Source: Podarcis erhardii (taxonomy: Eukaryota). Taken from it: 64,000 nt of DNA. The position numbers were made by a program, and so were the translations under genes. Numbering within the stretch: position 1 is the stretch's first letter; every line of letters begins with the position of its first letter. The notes below the pieces were generated by a model. It did no database searches, was not told where the DNA came from, and worked only from the letters and a program-made list of their open reading frames with translations. The stretch lies in NCBI GenBank assembly GCA_964252035.1, contig OZ176209.1. One strand, given 5' to 3'. This document shows positions 1 through 11,040 of this stretch, in pieces.

Positions 1-668
1 TGGCGTGAGAATGAAAAAAGCAATCAGAGCAGGGCTATAAGCAGAACAGGGGCAAATGAAAAATGGGTGTGGACTACAGAGTTTCTTCCTATGTTATGTT
101 TTGCATGCAGAGGCTCACTTTATTGAAGAGATCTCAGCAGCTGAATACATTACACCCCAAAGAGGCTATTGATCTTACACGGAAGACAAGAGTGCCTTGA
201 GCAAACAGCTTTAGCCTTGCAGCTCAGGTCTCATAGCATGGCAAGTGGCCAATCAATACTTTGTGGGTGGTTTTTGCATCCACTGTGGCTTGAAATTGAT
301 GGTTATGGGACTGTTGGAAGAGAGCTGGGTCCATATCTGTTTGGGCAGAGTAATCAGAAATAAGCAGCAAGAGAGGCACTTGCTAACAGGCAAAGAAAGG
401 GATAGTGATCTTTTGTCACCTGATACCCAAGGATAAATAGTTACTGTTATTTTATTATTTAAAGACTAGCTTTTAGGGTCTAATCCTCTGAAAGTGGGAT
501 CCAACATAGACATTCACAATATAAAATCAATAATCAATTTAAATCCCTAAGATGCCATGAACAATAGCATTAATAATAATAAAAGAACTCAGAATAAAGC
601 TGATCACAAGCAATATCGAGAGGTAGTACACACTTGTCCTGTGCCTAGAAGCATGGGGTGGTTTTGGC

Positions 669-809
669 TTTGTCCCACAGCTTTCCCCTGGAAAACCCAC
701 TCTTTAGCGATATACTGGAACAAATGGCAATCTGCAGAAAACCTGATTGCTGTTTGTTCCAGTGCAGCACTAAAGATTGGGTTTCCCCAGGGGAAAGCAG
801 TGGGGCAAA
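669..809. repeat. Hairpin/MITE-like inverted repeat (~64-bp arms, 12-nt loop)
   Basis: 669-732 pairs imperfectly with 745-809. Confidence 0.8.
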
Positions 810-2159
810 CAGAGGTGTGGATAAACCCTTAGTGAGATCAATGAAATCATGTACATAATTACAATTTAAGACACACCCTATCATGTGGCAACACAATAGA
901 ATCCTGTTTTACACAGGATACCGGTTTTTACAAGTGGGTTACTAGAACCCTCATAAAGGCTTACAGTAATGAATCCATACATATTTCAACTGTAACAGAA
1001 CAGAGATTGAATAATTATTTGAAAGTAAGATGGAAAAGAACAACAAATGCTCATCAGTTCCCATATGAACCTGAACTGAATCAGTTCAGGAATGCCAGAC
1101 CCATTTCACTGATTTGATTGATTGATTGATTGCTCATTTGCAGAACTGATTGTGGCCTGCTAAACCAGAATATTTTCAATCACTACTGAACCAGAACTAC
1201 AACCAATTACTTAATTGTTGTCTTTTGTTTTCCTGCTCTGATAGAAGTTCCACTCACGTTGTTTCTGCTTCTAAATGAAAACTGTTCTACTACTTGGCTG
1301 TGCAAAATAAAATTCCTTCAGGCTTACACTGCAGACAAACAGCATCATATATATTTTTCTCTGGGTGATGGATCTCTTGGCACGAGTCAAAATTTCATCT
1401 TGAAGTGGAAAATGCATTTTCATCATGTAGGTCAGAGTCCTTTCCATCTGCAATAAATGATTCATGACACTCTCATTTTTTAAAAATGGAAAGGATCAAC
1501 ACTCTTAGCCCCTGTGCCTGTTCCCTCAAAAATCTTAGATTAAGGTATCATTTCTGAGAATCTGGTGCCACAGCCATAACAAATCTGACGAGTCCAATCA
1601 TGTATTCCTGCCGATACTAGAAAGATAAAAAGGTTACATTTAACATTGAAACTGGAAGCCTTTGGGAGGATTAAGAAAGCAGAGGTCAGATGATTGGTTA
1701 CGAGTTGGAAGAGATGCTAAAATGTAATTTGGGAGACAGACTGTGGAACATTTTAATAAAAGTGTTGATGCTGGCACTGGTTAAGGAAATTACTGGTGAG
1801 AATGATAATATTAATATGTATCGAATAGCAAAAGAATCAGATGGAAGGTTGCAGATGTGGAAGAAAAAGATGATGGGGCTATTATTAAAGGTCCTGATAT
1901 AAATAGAGAGACTAGGCATCCAACCATCTCTTCTCATGATGGTAGATTGCTGTAGATTGGGGGGAGATTATTATTTTCAAGGACTTCTAAGGTCCCGGAT
2001 ACGATAATGAAATGCTATGAATGTGGCATTTTGTTGGTGACTGTGATGGCAGAGGGCCCAATTCTGTCTGAGTTGCTACTTTTGTCTATATTGGAAATAA
2101 TACCTCTTCCCATATGAATCATCTATCATGGCCATCTGTCATGGATGCTTTAGCCTGTC

Positions 2160-2670
2160 CATGGAGGACCTTAAGGTCCATAAATAGCAACACCCTAGAG
2201 GTCCCGGGCCCTAAGGAAGTCAGATTAGCCTCAACCAGAGCCAGGGCCTTTTCAACACTGGCTCCGGCCTGGTGGAACGCTCTGTCTCATGAGACCAGGG
2301 CCCTGCAGGATCTGATTTCTTTCCGCAGGGCCTTTGGCTTGGAATTAACTTGATCCCTTCCCCCTCTTTCTTTTTTCCTTTCTCCTTTTGTGATGGAACT
2401 CCTATTTGGGGACTTCTCTGGCTTTTTTCTGGCCCATGTAGGACCAGTCTGGATACTTAGCTTTGGTGAAGACTTGGCGTTTTCATCCCCCCAAAAGTTT
2501 TTGATTTGAGTTTCTACTGAAAGGAGGCTACATTTTAATGTTGTATTTTAATCTTGTTTTTAAAGTTGTATTTCAATCAATTGTTTTTATATCTGGTGTT
2601 AGTCACCCTGAGCGCGGTCTTCGCTGGGGAGGGTGGGGTATAAATAAAATTTATTATTATTATCATTATT
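2160..2670 (+). mobile_element. L2-type LINE 3' end
   Basis: ORF2-end-like LASTRARAFSTLAPAWWNALSHETRAL, then 3'UTR ending GGGTATAAATAAAAT(TTA)n. Confidence 0.7.
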
Positions 2671-2699
2671 ATCTGGTGGGTGGTGCTTGCGCTTTAGAA

Positions 2700-3590
2700 A
2701 TAAAACCGCTTTTCAAGGTACAGACAAAAATGACAAAACTAGATGCTTCTCATGTGGAAAAATAAGACATTTTTCAAGGAATTGTACAAAATAAAGTGGC
2801 ACTAATAAAGAAAAGTTCCAGGGTGGCGACAGAAAGCAAATGAAAAATGCTTTTGCACTTCATCTTAACTATCTAGCAATATCAAGTTATAGGAAAACTG
2901 GTGCTATTAACAGTAACCCTTCTAGTTGGTTAATTGATTCGGCAGCTTCCATGCATGCTAATTTTTTTCAGAGAGTTAAATAAAAACTCATCAGAGGCAG
3001 TTACAGTCTCAAACGGCAACAAAATATCTGTGCAAGGAAAAGGAGCAGGTTTGCTCAAGTTTGTTGCAGGTAGAAATACTGTTTGTAATGAAGTGAGAGA
3101 TGTAGTTTACTTGCCTGAATTAACAGACAGTTTGCTGAGCGTGCCAACCCTGACCAAGCGTGGTTTTAATGTAAATTTTAATCGCAGCAAATGTGTAGTT
3201 ACCAAAGATGGAGTTTTGTATGCACAAGGTTTTGAAAATAATGGAGTCTTTGTGCTAGATACAGGTCAAGAACGAGTGAATATGGTCAAGAAAAATTCAA
3301 GTGCAACCTGTGTTCATCTGTGGCACAGAAGGTTTAGACATAGAGGCTTCAGGATTTATAAGCAGGCCAAAGAAAGGTTTGGTGAGAGGAATGGAAATGA
3401 AGCCTTGTAAAGTTGGCCTGAATAGTGAAATATGTGAAAGTTGTTTGTTGGGGAAGGAAACAAGACCTTCTATCCCCAAGCAAAGCCAGAAAAGTTCAGC
3501 AGAGCCTTGGCAACTTATTCATACTGATATATGTGGTCCAATTCAACTGATGTCTCATGGGAAAAACAACAAAATGGGAAAATAACTTTT
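2700..3590 (+). mobile_element. Ty1/copia gag-pol fragment (pseudogenised)
   Basis: CCHC knuckle CFSCGKIRHFSRNC (2744-2785), protease motif WLIDSAAS (from 2927), VYLPELTDSLLSV, pre-integrase LWHRRFRH, CESCLLGK and integrase start QLIHTDICGP. Protease-then-integrase order is diagnostic for copia. Confidence 0.88.
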
Positions 3591-4269
3591 CTGCTTGTAT
3601 ATGTTGCTAATGCAATTTTGGTTACTGAGAACAAACAAGATGGTACAAAAATGGTTCATGTTAAAATAAGAAAGTTTTGAGAATTTACATGCTAGATTAA
3701 ACTGGATTAATTCAAATCAGGCACATTGAGAAGGTGATTGTAAGAAAAAGACTGGGGCCTAATTTTAGCAGTTGAGTGCTTGGTATCTGCTGGGCAAGCT
3801 CATCCTTTATTTCCACACTGTGGTTCCAGACCAAATCATCTGTCAGGAGAGCTAAGGCCTGGCCAGGATGCAGGCCTTGCCAGGGTGCTGGCTGGGGAGA
3901 GCATGCCACAGAGGGGAGCCACAGCTGAAAAGACCCTCTTTCTTGCCACTGCTTTCCAAATCTCCCTCAGACTGGAGACCTGGAAAAGGGCTTCAAAAGA
4001 AAATCTAACGGTCTAGGTAGGTTCATATCAGGAGAGGTCCTCCAGAAGATACTGGTGTCCAGAGCTGTAAAAATGGAGGTGTTGCGGGATGAATCTTAAA
4101 AGGTGAAAGCCTGTCTTCAAGAAGTAGTTCTCAATGCAGCTGAAAATCCACTAACTCAGTGAGAAGGACTGGACCCAAGATAAGATTTCAGGCCAGAAAC
4201 AAAGCCTGTTATGTGAGTGATTGTTGAGGTGAAGAAAGAGAGGAAAATCAGGTCTTTTATTTAAAAAGG

Positions 4270-4425
4270 AACTTGGTCGTGCTCCCACTCAGCTGAGAAG
4301 TTTGCTGGGTGATCTTGGGCCAGTCAGCCTAACATACCTCACAGGTTGTTGTGAGAGTAAATTGGGGAGCCAAAGTATGTATACCACCCTAAGCTCCTCA
4401 GAGGAAAGGTGTAACGTAATAAGTA
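4270..4425 (+). mobile_element. Old MIR/CORE-like SINE fragment
   Basis: GGGTGATCTTGGGCCAGTC..AGCCTAACATACCTCACAGGTTGTTGTGAG core. Related copies at 28630-28850 and 30215-30410. Confidence 0.65.
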
Positions 4426-4786
4426 ATAATATTAGTCCCAATGATTGCCAAAATGTTGCGTAGAATATACTTTCAAAGGATTATAATTTTATAGGGCATT
4501 ATACAAGGTTTGTGATAATTAGTTTCAAACTGTTCTACTTGTTACTTCACTTTGTTCCCTACCATTCATACCATTGCTCATAAAGCCTTCATAGATGACG
4601 TTACCTACAATTTTAACATCGGATTTCTCCCACAAGATGGCACTGTAAACCTTTAGATAATAATTATGAAATGGAATCCCATCCCTTGATTTGAAATGAG
4701 CTTTTCAGAACCCCTTTCAATACTGGAGGAGATGAGCACCTGTTTTAGAAATGTACACAAAACTATGGCAAATCCTGGATAATCAA

Positions 4787-4790
<4 letters not shown>

Positions 4791-4835
<45 letters not shown>

Positions 4836-4850
4836 TGTGTATGTGTGTGT
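4791..4850. repeat. Compound (CT)n(GT)n microsatellite
   Basis: Seen directly in the sequence. Confidence 0.95.
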
Positions 4851-4914
4851 ACTTGACTTACAGAGTGGTGTCCTCAATCACTGGATATATGCATCAAAGT
4901 CATCTTCAAAATAA

Positions 4915-5053
4915 TAGATCAGAGTGTGGTGTTGATAATGACAAGGTTGCAGGTTTGATCCCTGTACGGGACAGCTGCAAATCTTTGCATGGCCAAGAAT
5001 TGGACTAGATGATCCTCAGGGTCTCTTCCAACTTTACAATTCTATGATCCTAT
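4915..5053 (+). mobile_element. SINE: tRNA-Ile-derived head + CR1-type 3' tail
   Basis: AGAGTGTGGTGTTGATAATGACAAGGTTGCAGGTTTGATCCCTGTACGGGACA, then TTGGACTAGATGATCCTCAGGGTCTCTTCCAACTTTACAATTCTATG. Confidence 0.8.
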
Positions 5054-5838
5054 AAAAATATTGGAAGGAACATTTCTTTGGTGCAATATTGCTCACAGTA
5101 GTCGTGTTAGAAAGGAAGAGCCTTGACAATCTAGAATTCCCATATGAATATATCAGTGAGTGCCAAAGATGGAAGAATATATAATGCTGCAATCAAGCAC
5201 ACACCTCTCTGTCCCTCTGTGTACACAGTAGGTTCCATTGAGTTCAATGGAAACTGTGTACACTTATTTACTTGCAGCAAGATTTAAGCTGGGCAGTCAA
5301 TAAGCTGTTAGGCAAATATGTCATGATTTGCAATAAGGAAATTTCGATATTTCAGTATTTGCCACTTCCAGATGCTTGAAGAAAATGGATGTAAATGATT
5401 TTGCTGTCAAATTGATGGCATGCTTTTGTTGCCGAATTGTTTGCTGCTGTTTTATTTGGTCTATTTTATAGGTTACTGTAGGACTTTTATTGTAATGTAT
5501 TGTTCTTTTTCTGATTTTATGTTTAAGTATTATGCTCTTAGAACATTGCATGTCACTTGGAGACTATTTATGTGGCAAGCGACCAATAAATTTCCCCTAC
5601 TACTATACTAATGATGATCCAAATGATAGGTAGGTCCACCTTGCAAGACATGGAAAATTGCCAGTAAACAATAATTCAACCCAAACGTCCAAGGTGCTTG
5701 TTGCGACACCTCAAAGGATAAGAGACTTGAAATAAGCTTTTTGTACCTGACTCATCTCAAGCATTGTCTTCATATGCTTATGTATGGAAACAACAGCAGG
5801 ATAGAAGGTCACAATAGGCAAGTGGTATATTCTAGGTA

Positions 5839-5944
5839 GTCTATGGCCATTCTATCCTGAACACTCTGGAAGCTAAGCAGGGTCAGGCCTGGTTAGAACT
5901 TGGATGGGAGACCACTTGGGAATATTGGGTGTCATAGGCTTTTT
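5839..5944 (+). pseudogene. 5S rRNA-derived sequence (internal deletion; not a functional 5S gene)
   Basis: GTCTATGGCCATTCTATCCTGAACAC/TCTGGAAGCTAAGCAGGGTCAGGCCTGGTTAGAACTTGGATGGGAGACCACTTGGGAATATTGGGTGTCATAGGCTTTTT aligns to vertebrate 5S including A and C boxes and the T-run. Confidence 0.9.
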
Positions 5945-6535
5945 GGGGGAGTGTGTATGGAGTGTTAGGGGCAGGGTGGTACCTCTGGTGGGGAACATGT
6001 CATGCTCCTGGGGTAGTTTGTCCACCTTTGGTCCCTACCCTGCACTCAGCAATCACTTGTGGCTCCTAGACGCTGTCAGCATGTGACAGTGGTCACACCT
6101 TGGGAAATGACTTTGACTGGCTGGCTAAACCAGGTGAGGGTAGCTGATGGGTCTCAAACCTTCAGTGAGTTAGGGACTTGCCCTGCATGTGAATATAGGC
6201 TTCGGCAGATTTAGGAGAAGGAAAACACATCAGTGAGAATGGCTTTGGGACTAAACCCCAAGGGAAAATCCGTACCCACTGTCTTGTGGCATATCTTCAA
6301 GGCAAGAAAGGCTACGGCGTAAACCCTACACAAATCCGAAGTGGAGTCCATAAGAATGTACATCTTCTGGTGACTCCTACAGCCAAGCTGTTGCCAAAGC
6401 TATTGCTCTGCTTTCCTTGGACCACAATCAGCGAGGCTGGGTTTCTATCTTGTCATCTGGGCAGCCCAGGACCTCCATACACCCTGCCCAGGTTTGCACC
6501 CTGGAGATATTACTTTGATGCTGCTAATGCAACAA
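5945..6535 (+). mobile_element. Dispersed repeat resembling an RTE-clade LINE 5'UTR (non-autonomous)
   Basis: Segment 6365-6530 recurs at 13165-13212 + 13487-13625. GAAGGAAAA...AAACCC...AAATCCG..GTGGAGTCC motif resembles RTE 5'UTRs (from memory). Confidence 0.55.
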
Positions 6536-6595
6536 AAACAACATGGGAGGCAGCAGTTACAATGCAGTCTCTGCAGCCACAGTGGGTGCTGTAAT

Positions 6596-7069
6596 TGTTA
6601 TGTATTGAAGTTCTCACCCTGGCCACCAGGAGTATCGTGTACAGTGGTACCTTGGGTTACAGACGCTTCAGGTTACATACGCTTCAGGTTACAGACTCTG
6701 CTAACCCAGAAATAGTGCTTCAGGTTAAGAACTTTGCTTCAGAATGAGAACAGAAATTGTGCTCCGGCGGCACGGCAGCAGCAGGAGGCCCCATTAGCTA
6801 AAGTGGTGCTTCAGGTTAAGAACAGTTTCAGGTTAAGTATGGACCTCCGGAACGAATTAAGTACTTAACACGAGGTACCACTGTATATAGTTTTCACTCA
6901 GGTACACGTCAGTTACTTTAGGCGGGAAACCCTGGGTTGTTGTTGCTACAATGTTGACAGCCGGCTGCCTATAAAAGCAGGTCGGCTGAGCTGTTTGCTG
7001 TTCAGTTCTGTTCCAGCTTACAAATAAAGAGCTGCCGCATCGTCTGCTATGTCTACCCACTATTTAACA
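6596..7069 (+). mobile_element. Solo LTR (~230 bp once the inserted MITE is removed) with 5-bp TSD GTAAT
   Basis: TGTTA...TAACA termini, GTAAT at 6591-6595 and 7070-7074, TATAAAA and AATAAA inside. Interrupted by the MITE at 6642-6883. Confidence 0.85.
6642..6883. mobile_element. Tc1/mariner (Tigger/pogo-like) MITE, family A
   Basis: CAGTGGTACC...GGTACCACTG with TA TSD. Same family as 48724-48949 and 60879-61120. Confidence 0.9.
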
Positions 7070-7082
7070 GTAATTAGGTTCA

Positions 7083-7209
7083 TTAACCTGTGACCCTGAA
7101 ATTCAGGATCCCCCCCCAATCAGATGCCAAAGTTTGGAAGCCACAAAACTAGCACAAAACTTTGGCATCAGTTGAGGGGGTGATCCTAAATTTTAGGGCC
7201 ACAAGTTAA
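7083..7209. repeat. Hairpin/MITE-like inverted repeat bounded by TTAA
   Basis: TTAACCTGTGACCCTGAAATTCAGGATC...GATGCCAAAGTTT pairs with AAACTTTGGCATC...GATCCTAAATTTTAGGGCCACAAGTTAA. Confidence 0.8.
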
Positions 7210-8204
7210 TAAATCTGCTGTGATTCTCCAGTAGTTTGACTTCACCCCCCAGAAGTACACTCCACTGTCTTGTCCAGACAGACAAATGCCAGCATATTAG
7301 CATAGTGATCATCCACTACAATAAGAAGTCATTCCACCCCTGTGCTATGAGTAGAGGCATTCTCCTACCCTGTCTTCTTCCCCACCTAGCCCCTGAGATG
7401 TTCACGCACAGAGCTGTGGAAGTTTAGTGAGGATGGTCAAATCACTCCTATAGTTTTATTGACGCTTCTGCAGAAGCAGTTTTATCAGCAAAAACAAAAC
7501 TGTTGAAGCGGTAGAGTTTCTTGACCGTAAGGTACTTTAATCAGTTGGTAATCTCATTTTTAAAAATCTCTTACCCACCTCAGTACTTGGAACATCCATG
7601 GATCAGCTGAATAAGGAATTTCCGTTTGAGTTTATAGCTGATAAACTTTAAGAAGGTCCATGTTTATCACCTTAGTAAAAGCTGCTGCCAAATATGCTCA
7701 CGTAACCTTTTCAAGCTCTCGCCAATTGCATTTTCACAGGGAGTCCCAGTAAGCAAACACCATAAAACAAATAATCAGATGCCTTCCCTCTTAGAGCGGC
7801 ATGCATCATTGATCACTTTTCAAGTCACAGATGGTACAAAAAGAGAAGGGCTGTGGGACACACACACACAAAAATCCAGCAGCCTCAAAACGGTCAGATT
7901 TTCTCGCCCTTTCCCCACCAATTTGCTTACAGTGTGAGCAGATCATGTGAAGACTCTACTGCTGCCCCAAATTGCAACTGGATGTGCCACTAACAAAACC
8001 CGCTTGGGGAGAGTTTGCCACAATAGCTCATCTTCCACCACTTGGTAGGTAAACAACATGGTGGCCGAAGAGGGTGGAGCTAGCCTGCTCGTCCCCACTG
8101 GTCCCCTCTTGTGTTCATTCATGCTTTAAAGCTGGGGTGCCTAATTTGTGGCCCTCCAGATGTTGACTACAACTCCCATAATTCTCGACTATTTAAAGGT
8201 TGCC

Positions 8205-8235
<31 letters not shown>

Positions 8236-8446
8236 TTATTATTTGTACCCCGCCCATCTGGCTGGGTTTCCCCAGCCACTCTGGGCGGCTTCCATAGAAA
8301 CCAAAAATGCACTAAAATATTACACATTAAAAAACTTCCCTGAACAGGGCTGCCTTAAGATGTCTTCTGAATGTCAGGTAGTTGTTTATCGCTTTGACAT
8401 CTGATGGGAGGGCGTTCCACAGGGCGGGCACCACTACCGAGAAGGT
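8205..8446 (-). mobile_element. L2-type LINE 3' end with (AAT)n tail
   Basis: Reverse-complement match to 12850-13098 and direct match to 42300-42500. Confidence 0.8.
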
Positions 8447-8568
8447 AGTGCAGTTTGAAACTGCACCAAGATCCCTATTTTTCCTTAGCTAAAATCCATT
8501 AACTTGAGCTCTGAGTTAATGTATAAACAAAAAGCCGTCTGTGCTCAGAGCCCTCTCCTTTATCAGTT

Positions 8569-9056
8569 TGTGACAGCAGGGATGACCCTGACTGCACCAG
8601 TAGAACAGAGAAGACACATCTGTACCTTATCTTATGTCCTGACCACAAAAGACACACAGACCTAAGTCCGGGAACAACGCCAGAAGCGTGTCTTCGGAGA
8701 TGATGACCTCTTCCTCCAAGATAAGAGTAGGAAGAGGAAGATCCTTTTATGGTCAGAAGTACAGGAAGGAATTCCCTTTTATGGTTAAGAATACCAGAGC
8801 AAGAACATATGTGATGTCAACCTGCGTACATAGGCTGACGTGGTTGGATTCCTGGGGAAGGAGGAAGAGGGTGCCTGGAGGATATATATATACTGCATGA
8901 AACTTCTCATTTCTTTGGACTTGCTGTGGACTGACCACGCAAGTGCCTTCTGCTATCCGGAGAGCAGAATAAACTCTTTCTTTGAACAAACCTTGGTGTC
9001 ATTTGACTTCCTTTCTCCTGTCCCGGAGCAACGCAGACCCAATAGGTGAATTCCAA
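8569..9056 (+). mobile_element. LTR-like sequence, no TSD found
   Basis: Starts TGTGAC, contains TATATATATA (~8883) then AATAAA (~8968) in LTR-like order. Confidence 0.35.
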
Positions 9057-9201
9057 TAAGGCTATATTTCTAGATGGGCAGCTAGTGCCAACTTTTAAGT
9101 GCTGGAGCTATGTGTTGGAAGTGATCTGTCCCCACCCACAATCTAGCCACAATATTTTGCACCAAAGCAGGCCTGAGGGTAGCTCCACACAGAGAACATT
9201 T

Positions 9202-9333
9202 CACAGAATCATTGAACTGTAGAGCTGGAAGGGACCCCGAGGGTCATCTAGTCCAACCCCTGCAATATTTTGTCCATGGGGCTCAAATCCACGGCCCTGA
9301 GATTAAGAATCTCATGCTCTACTGACTGAGCTT
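9202..9333 (-). mobile_element. SINE: tRNA-Lys(CTT)-derived head + CR1-type 3' tail
   Basis: Reverse complement reads AGCTCAGTCAGTAGAGCATGAGATTCTTAATCTCAGGGCCGTGGATTTGAGCCCC, then TTGCAGGGGTTGGACTAGATGACCC...CCCTTCCAGCTCTACAG. Confidence 0.85.
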
Positions 9334-10287
9334 TGCAATAATTGAGTCCTGAGGTCACCCCTGCACCACATTTCCAGAGTTATTTTCCATTAATGTGGCT
9401 TCTTCCCACTGAAGTGAATGGAACTAAGATAGTCCCATTCACAGCCACTGGCTTATAGGTGAGAGCTTTAGGCTTTGTTCCCCTTCCCTGGGAGGATTTC
9501 TGCAAACCAAGATTTCCTTTCCATTACTTTCTTACTCCCCAAAAGGCAATTGATTCAATGTACTGTACAAAATTAGGATTGGTACTTTATTATATCGCCA
9601 ACATGGGCTTTCTTCGTGATGAAAAAGAAGAGCAGACAGAGATGATGATTTGTGCTTAACACCTGGAAAGGCGACACCTTTCAGATGCAGAAGGAAAGGT
9701 GTTTGCAAAGATGCTGGTGGTCAGGATGCAGAGATTAACAGGGATCATATATACCGGTGCTTATCCTGCCCAGACTGAATACATTAAAAAATATATACTG
9801 CTGGCATTAAAAAAGGCTTTGAAACCTATATGTCTAAAAATGTGCCAGCCAATCCCCCCAAGTGCTTGCAAATTGTAAACAAATGAAACACAGAATCTTC
9901 CTCTTGAACCTCACACATTTCAGATGGTGGCTTTCAAGCTGTTAGATGGTTTTGTCAGAAGTTCCTGGTTAAGCGGTACATGATGAATGCACTTGGTGGA
10001 AAGATAGCTTGCCTGTGCCACTCTCGATGTTCCTTTGCAAAGTGAAGGGGCAGGAGTGTGTTGGGTCTTCTAGATATACCTTCCGTTCAAACAAGACAAC
10101 AAGGAAGCCCCAAACACCTGCTCAGTCAACCCACATGTGCCCTAGAACAGAGGTTTTCAACCTTTTTGAGTCTACTGCTCCCTTAACTAACTACATTCTT
10201 TCTGTGGCACTCCTGTGGGGCTCAGGAGCCCAGTTATGTCACTCCTTGCTTGTAGAGCTGACAGCCTATGGCGTTTGCCCTCCTAGC

Positions 10288-11040
10288 TGTGTGACATCAT
10301 ACTGGGTCATAAGGAAAGGGTTAAGGTAAAGGTAAAGGGACCCCTGACCATTAGGTCCAGTTGTGACCGACTCTGGGGTTGCGGCGCTCATCTCGCTTTA
10401 TTGGCCAAGGGAGCCAGCATACAGCGTCATGTGGCCAGCAGACTAAGCCGCTTCTGGCAAACCAGAGCAGCGCACGGAAACGCCGTTTACCTTCCCGCCG
10501 GAGTGGTACCTATTTATCTACTTGCACTTTGATGTGCTTTTGAACTGCTAGGTTGGCAGGAGCTGGGACGGAGCTCACCCCGTCGCTGGGATTCGAACTG
10601 CCGACCTTCTGGTGTAAAATGACTAACCAATAGGAACCCAAGGGAAGGTGTTAGAGTTAGAGTTGTTAAGAAGTCAGTCTGGAGTTAGAGAAGAGATAGA
10701 GAGGATAAGTCTGTGGGTTGGGCTAGACTGATGTGAGAGAGTGAGAGAATCTGTTAAGAGGAGTCAGTCAAACAGTTGATATAATCAGTCAGAAGGCATT
10801 AGGAAGGTATAGGCCGGTAAAGAAACTAAAGTTAAGAAACTGACAAGAATATTATCTGAGAAACCATAAACTTGTTAACGCTTATAAAATAAACTTGTTT
10901 ATTTGGTTCAATTTTAATAACTGTCTGGACTCAGTGTGTACCCGAGAGTAACGTGTTGGTGGCAGTGGGAAAGCGGGCACAGTGGTGGCACAGGGATCAA
11001 TAGACCGTCAAACGTCCGGGGACCCTGTGTGATCGCCACA
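10288..11040 (+). mobile_element. Solo LTR (Gypsy-like) carrying a Sauria SINE, nested in a hAT element
   Basis: TGTG...CACA termini, flanks TAGC/CAGC (4-bp TSD with one mismatch), AATAAA at ~10888. Confidence 0.6.
10323..10611 (-). mobile_element. Sauria SINE (5'-truncated)
   Basis: (AAAGGT)n tail and GGACCCCTGACCATTAGGTCCAG... body shared with five other copies. Confidence 0.9.

Noticed and set aside
1-2100. Possible 3' exons of the expected upstream neighbour DBX2, or more copia gag (MKCYECG near 2010)
   Set aside because: No homeobox or recognisable DBX2 peptide in any frame. The CxxC lacks the His and Cys needed for a knuckle.
5839-5944. Functional 5S rRNA gene
   Set aside because: Single copy with an internal deletion and multiple substitutions, not in a tandem array.
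9202-9333. Functional tRNA genes (Lys here; also Asn at 36542-36616 and Ile copies)
   Set aside because: Acceptor stems and B boxes are mutated and each is fused to a CR1-type tail, so they are SINE heads.
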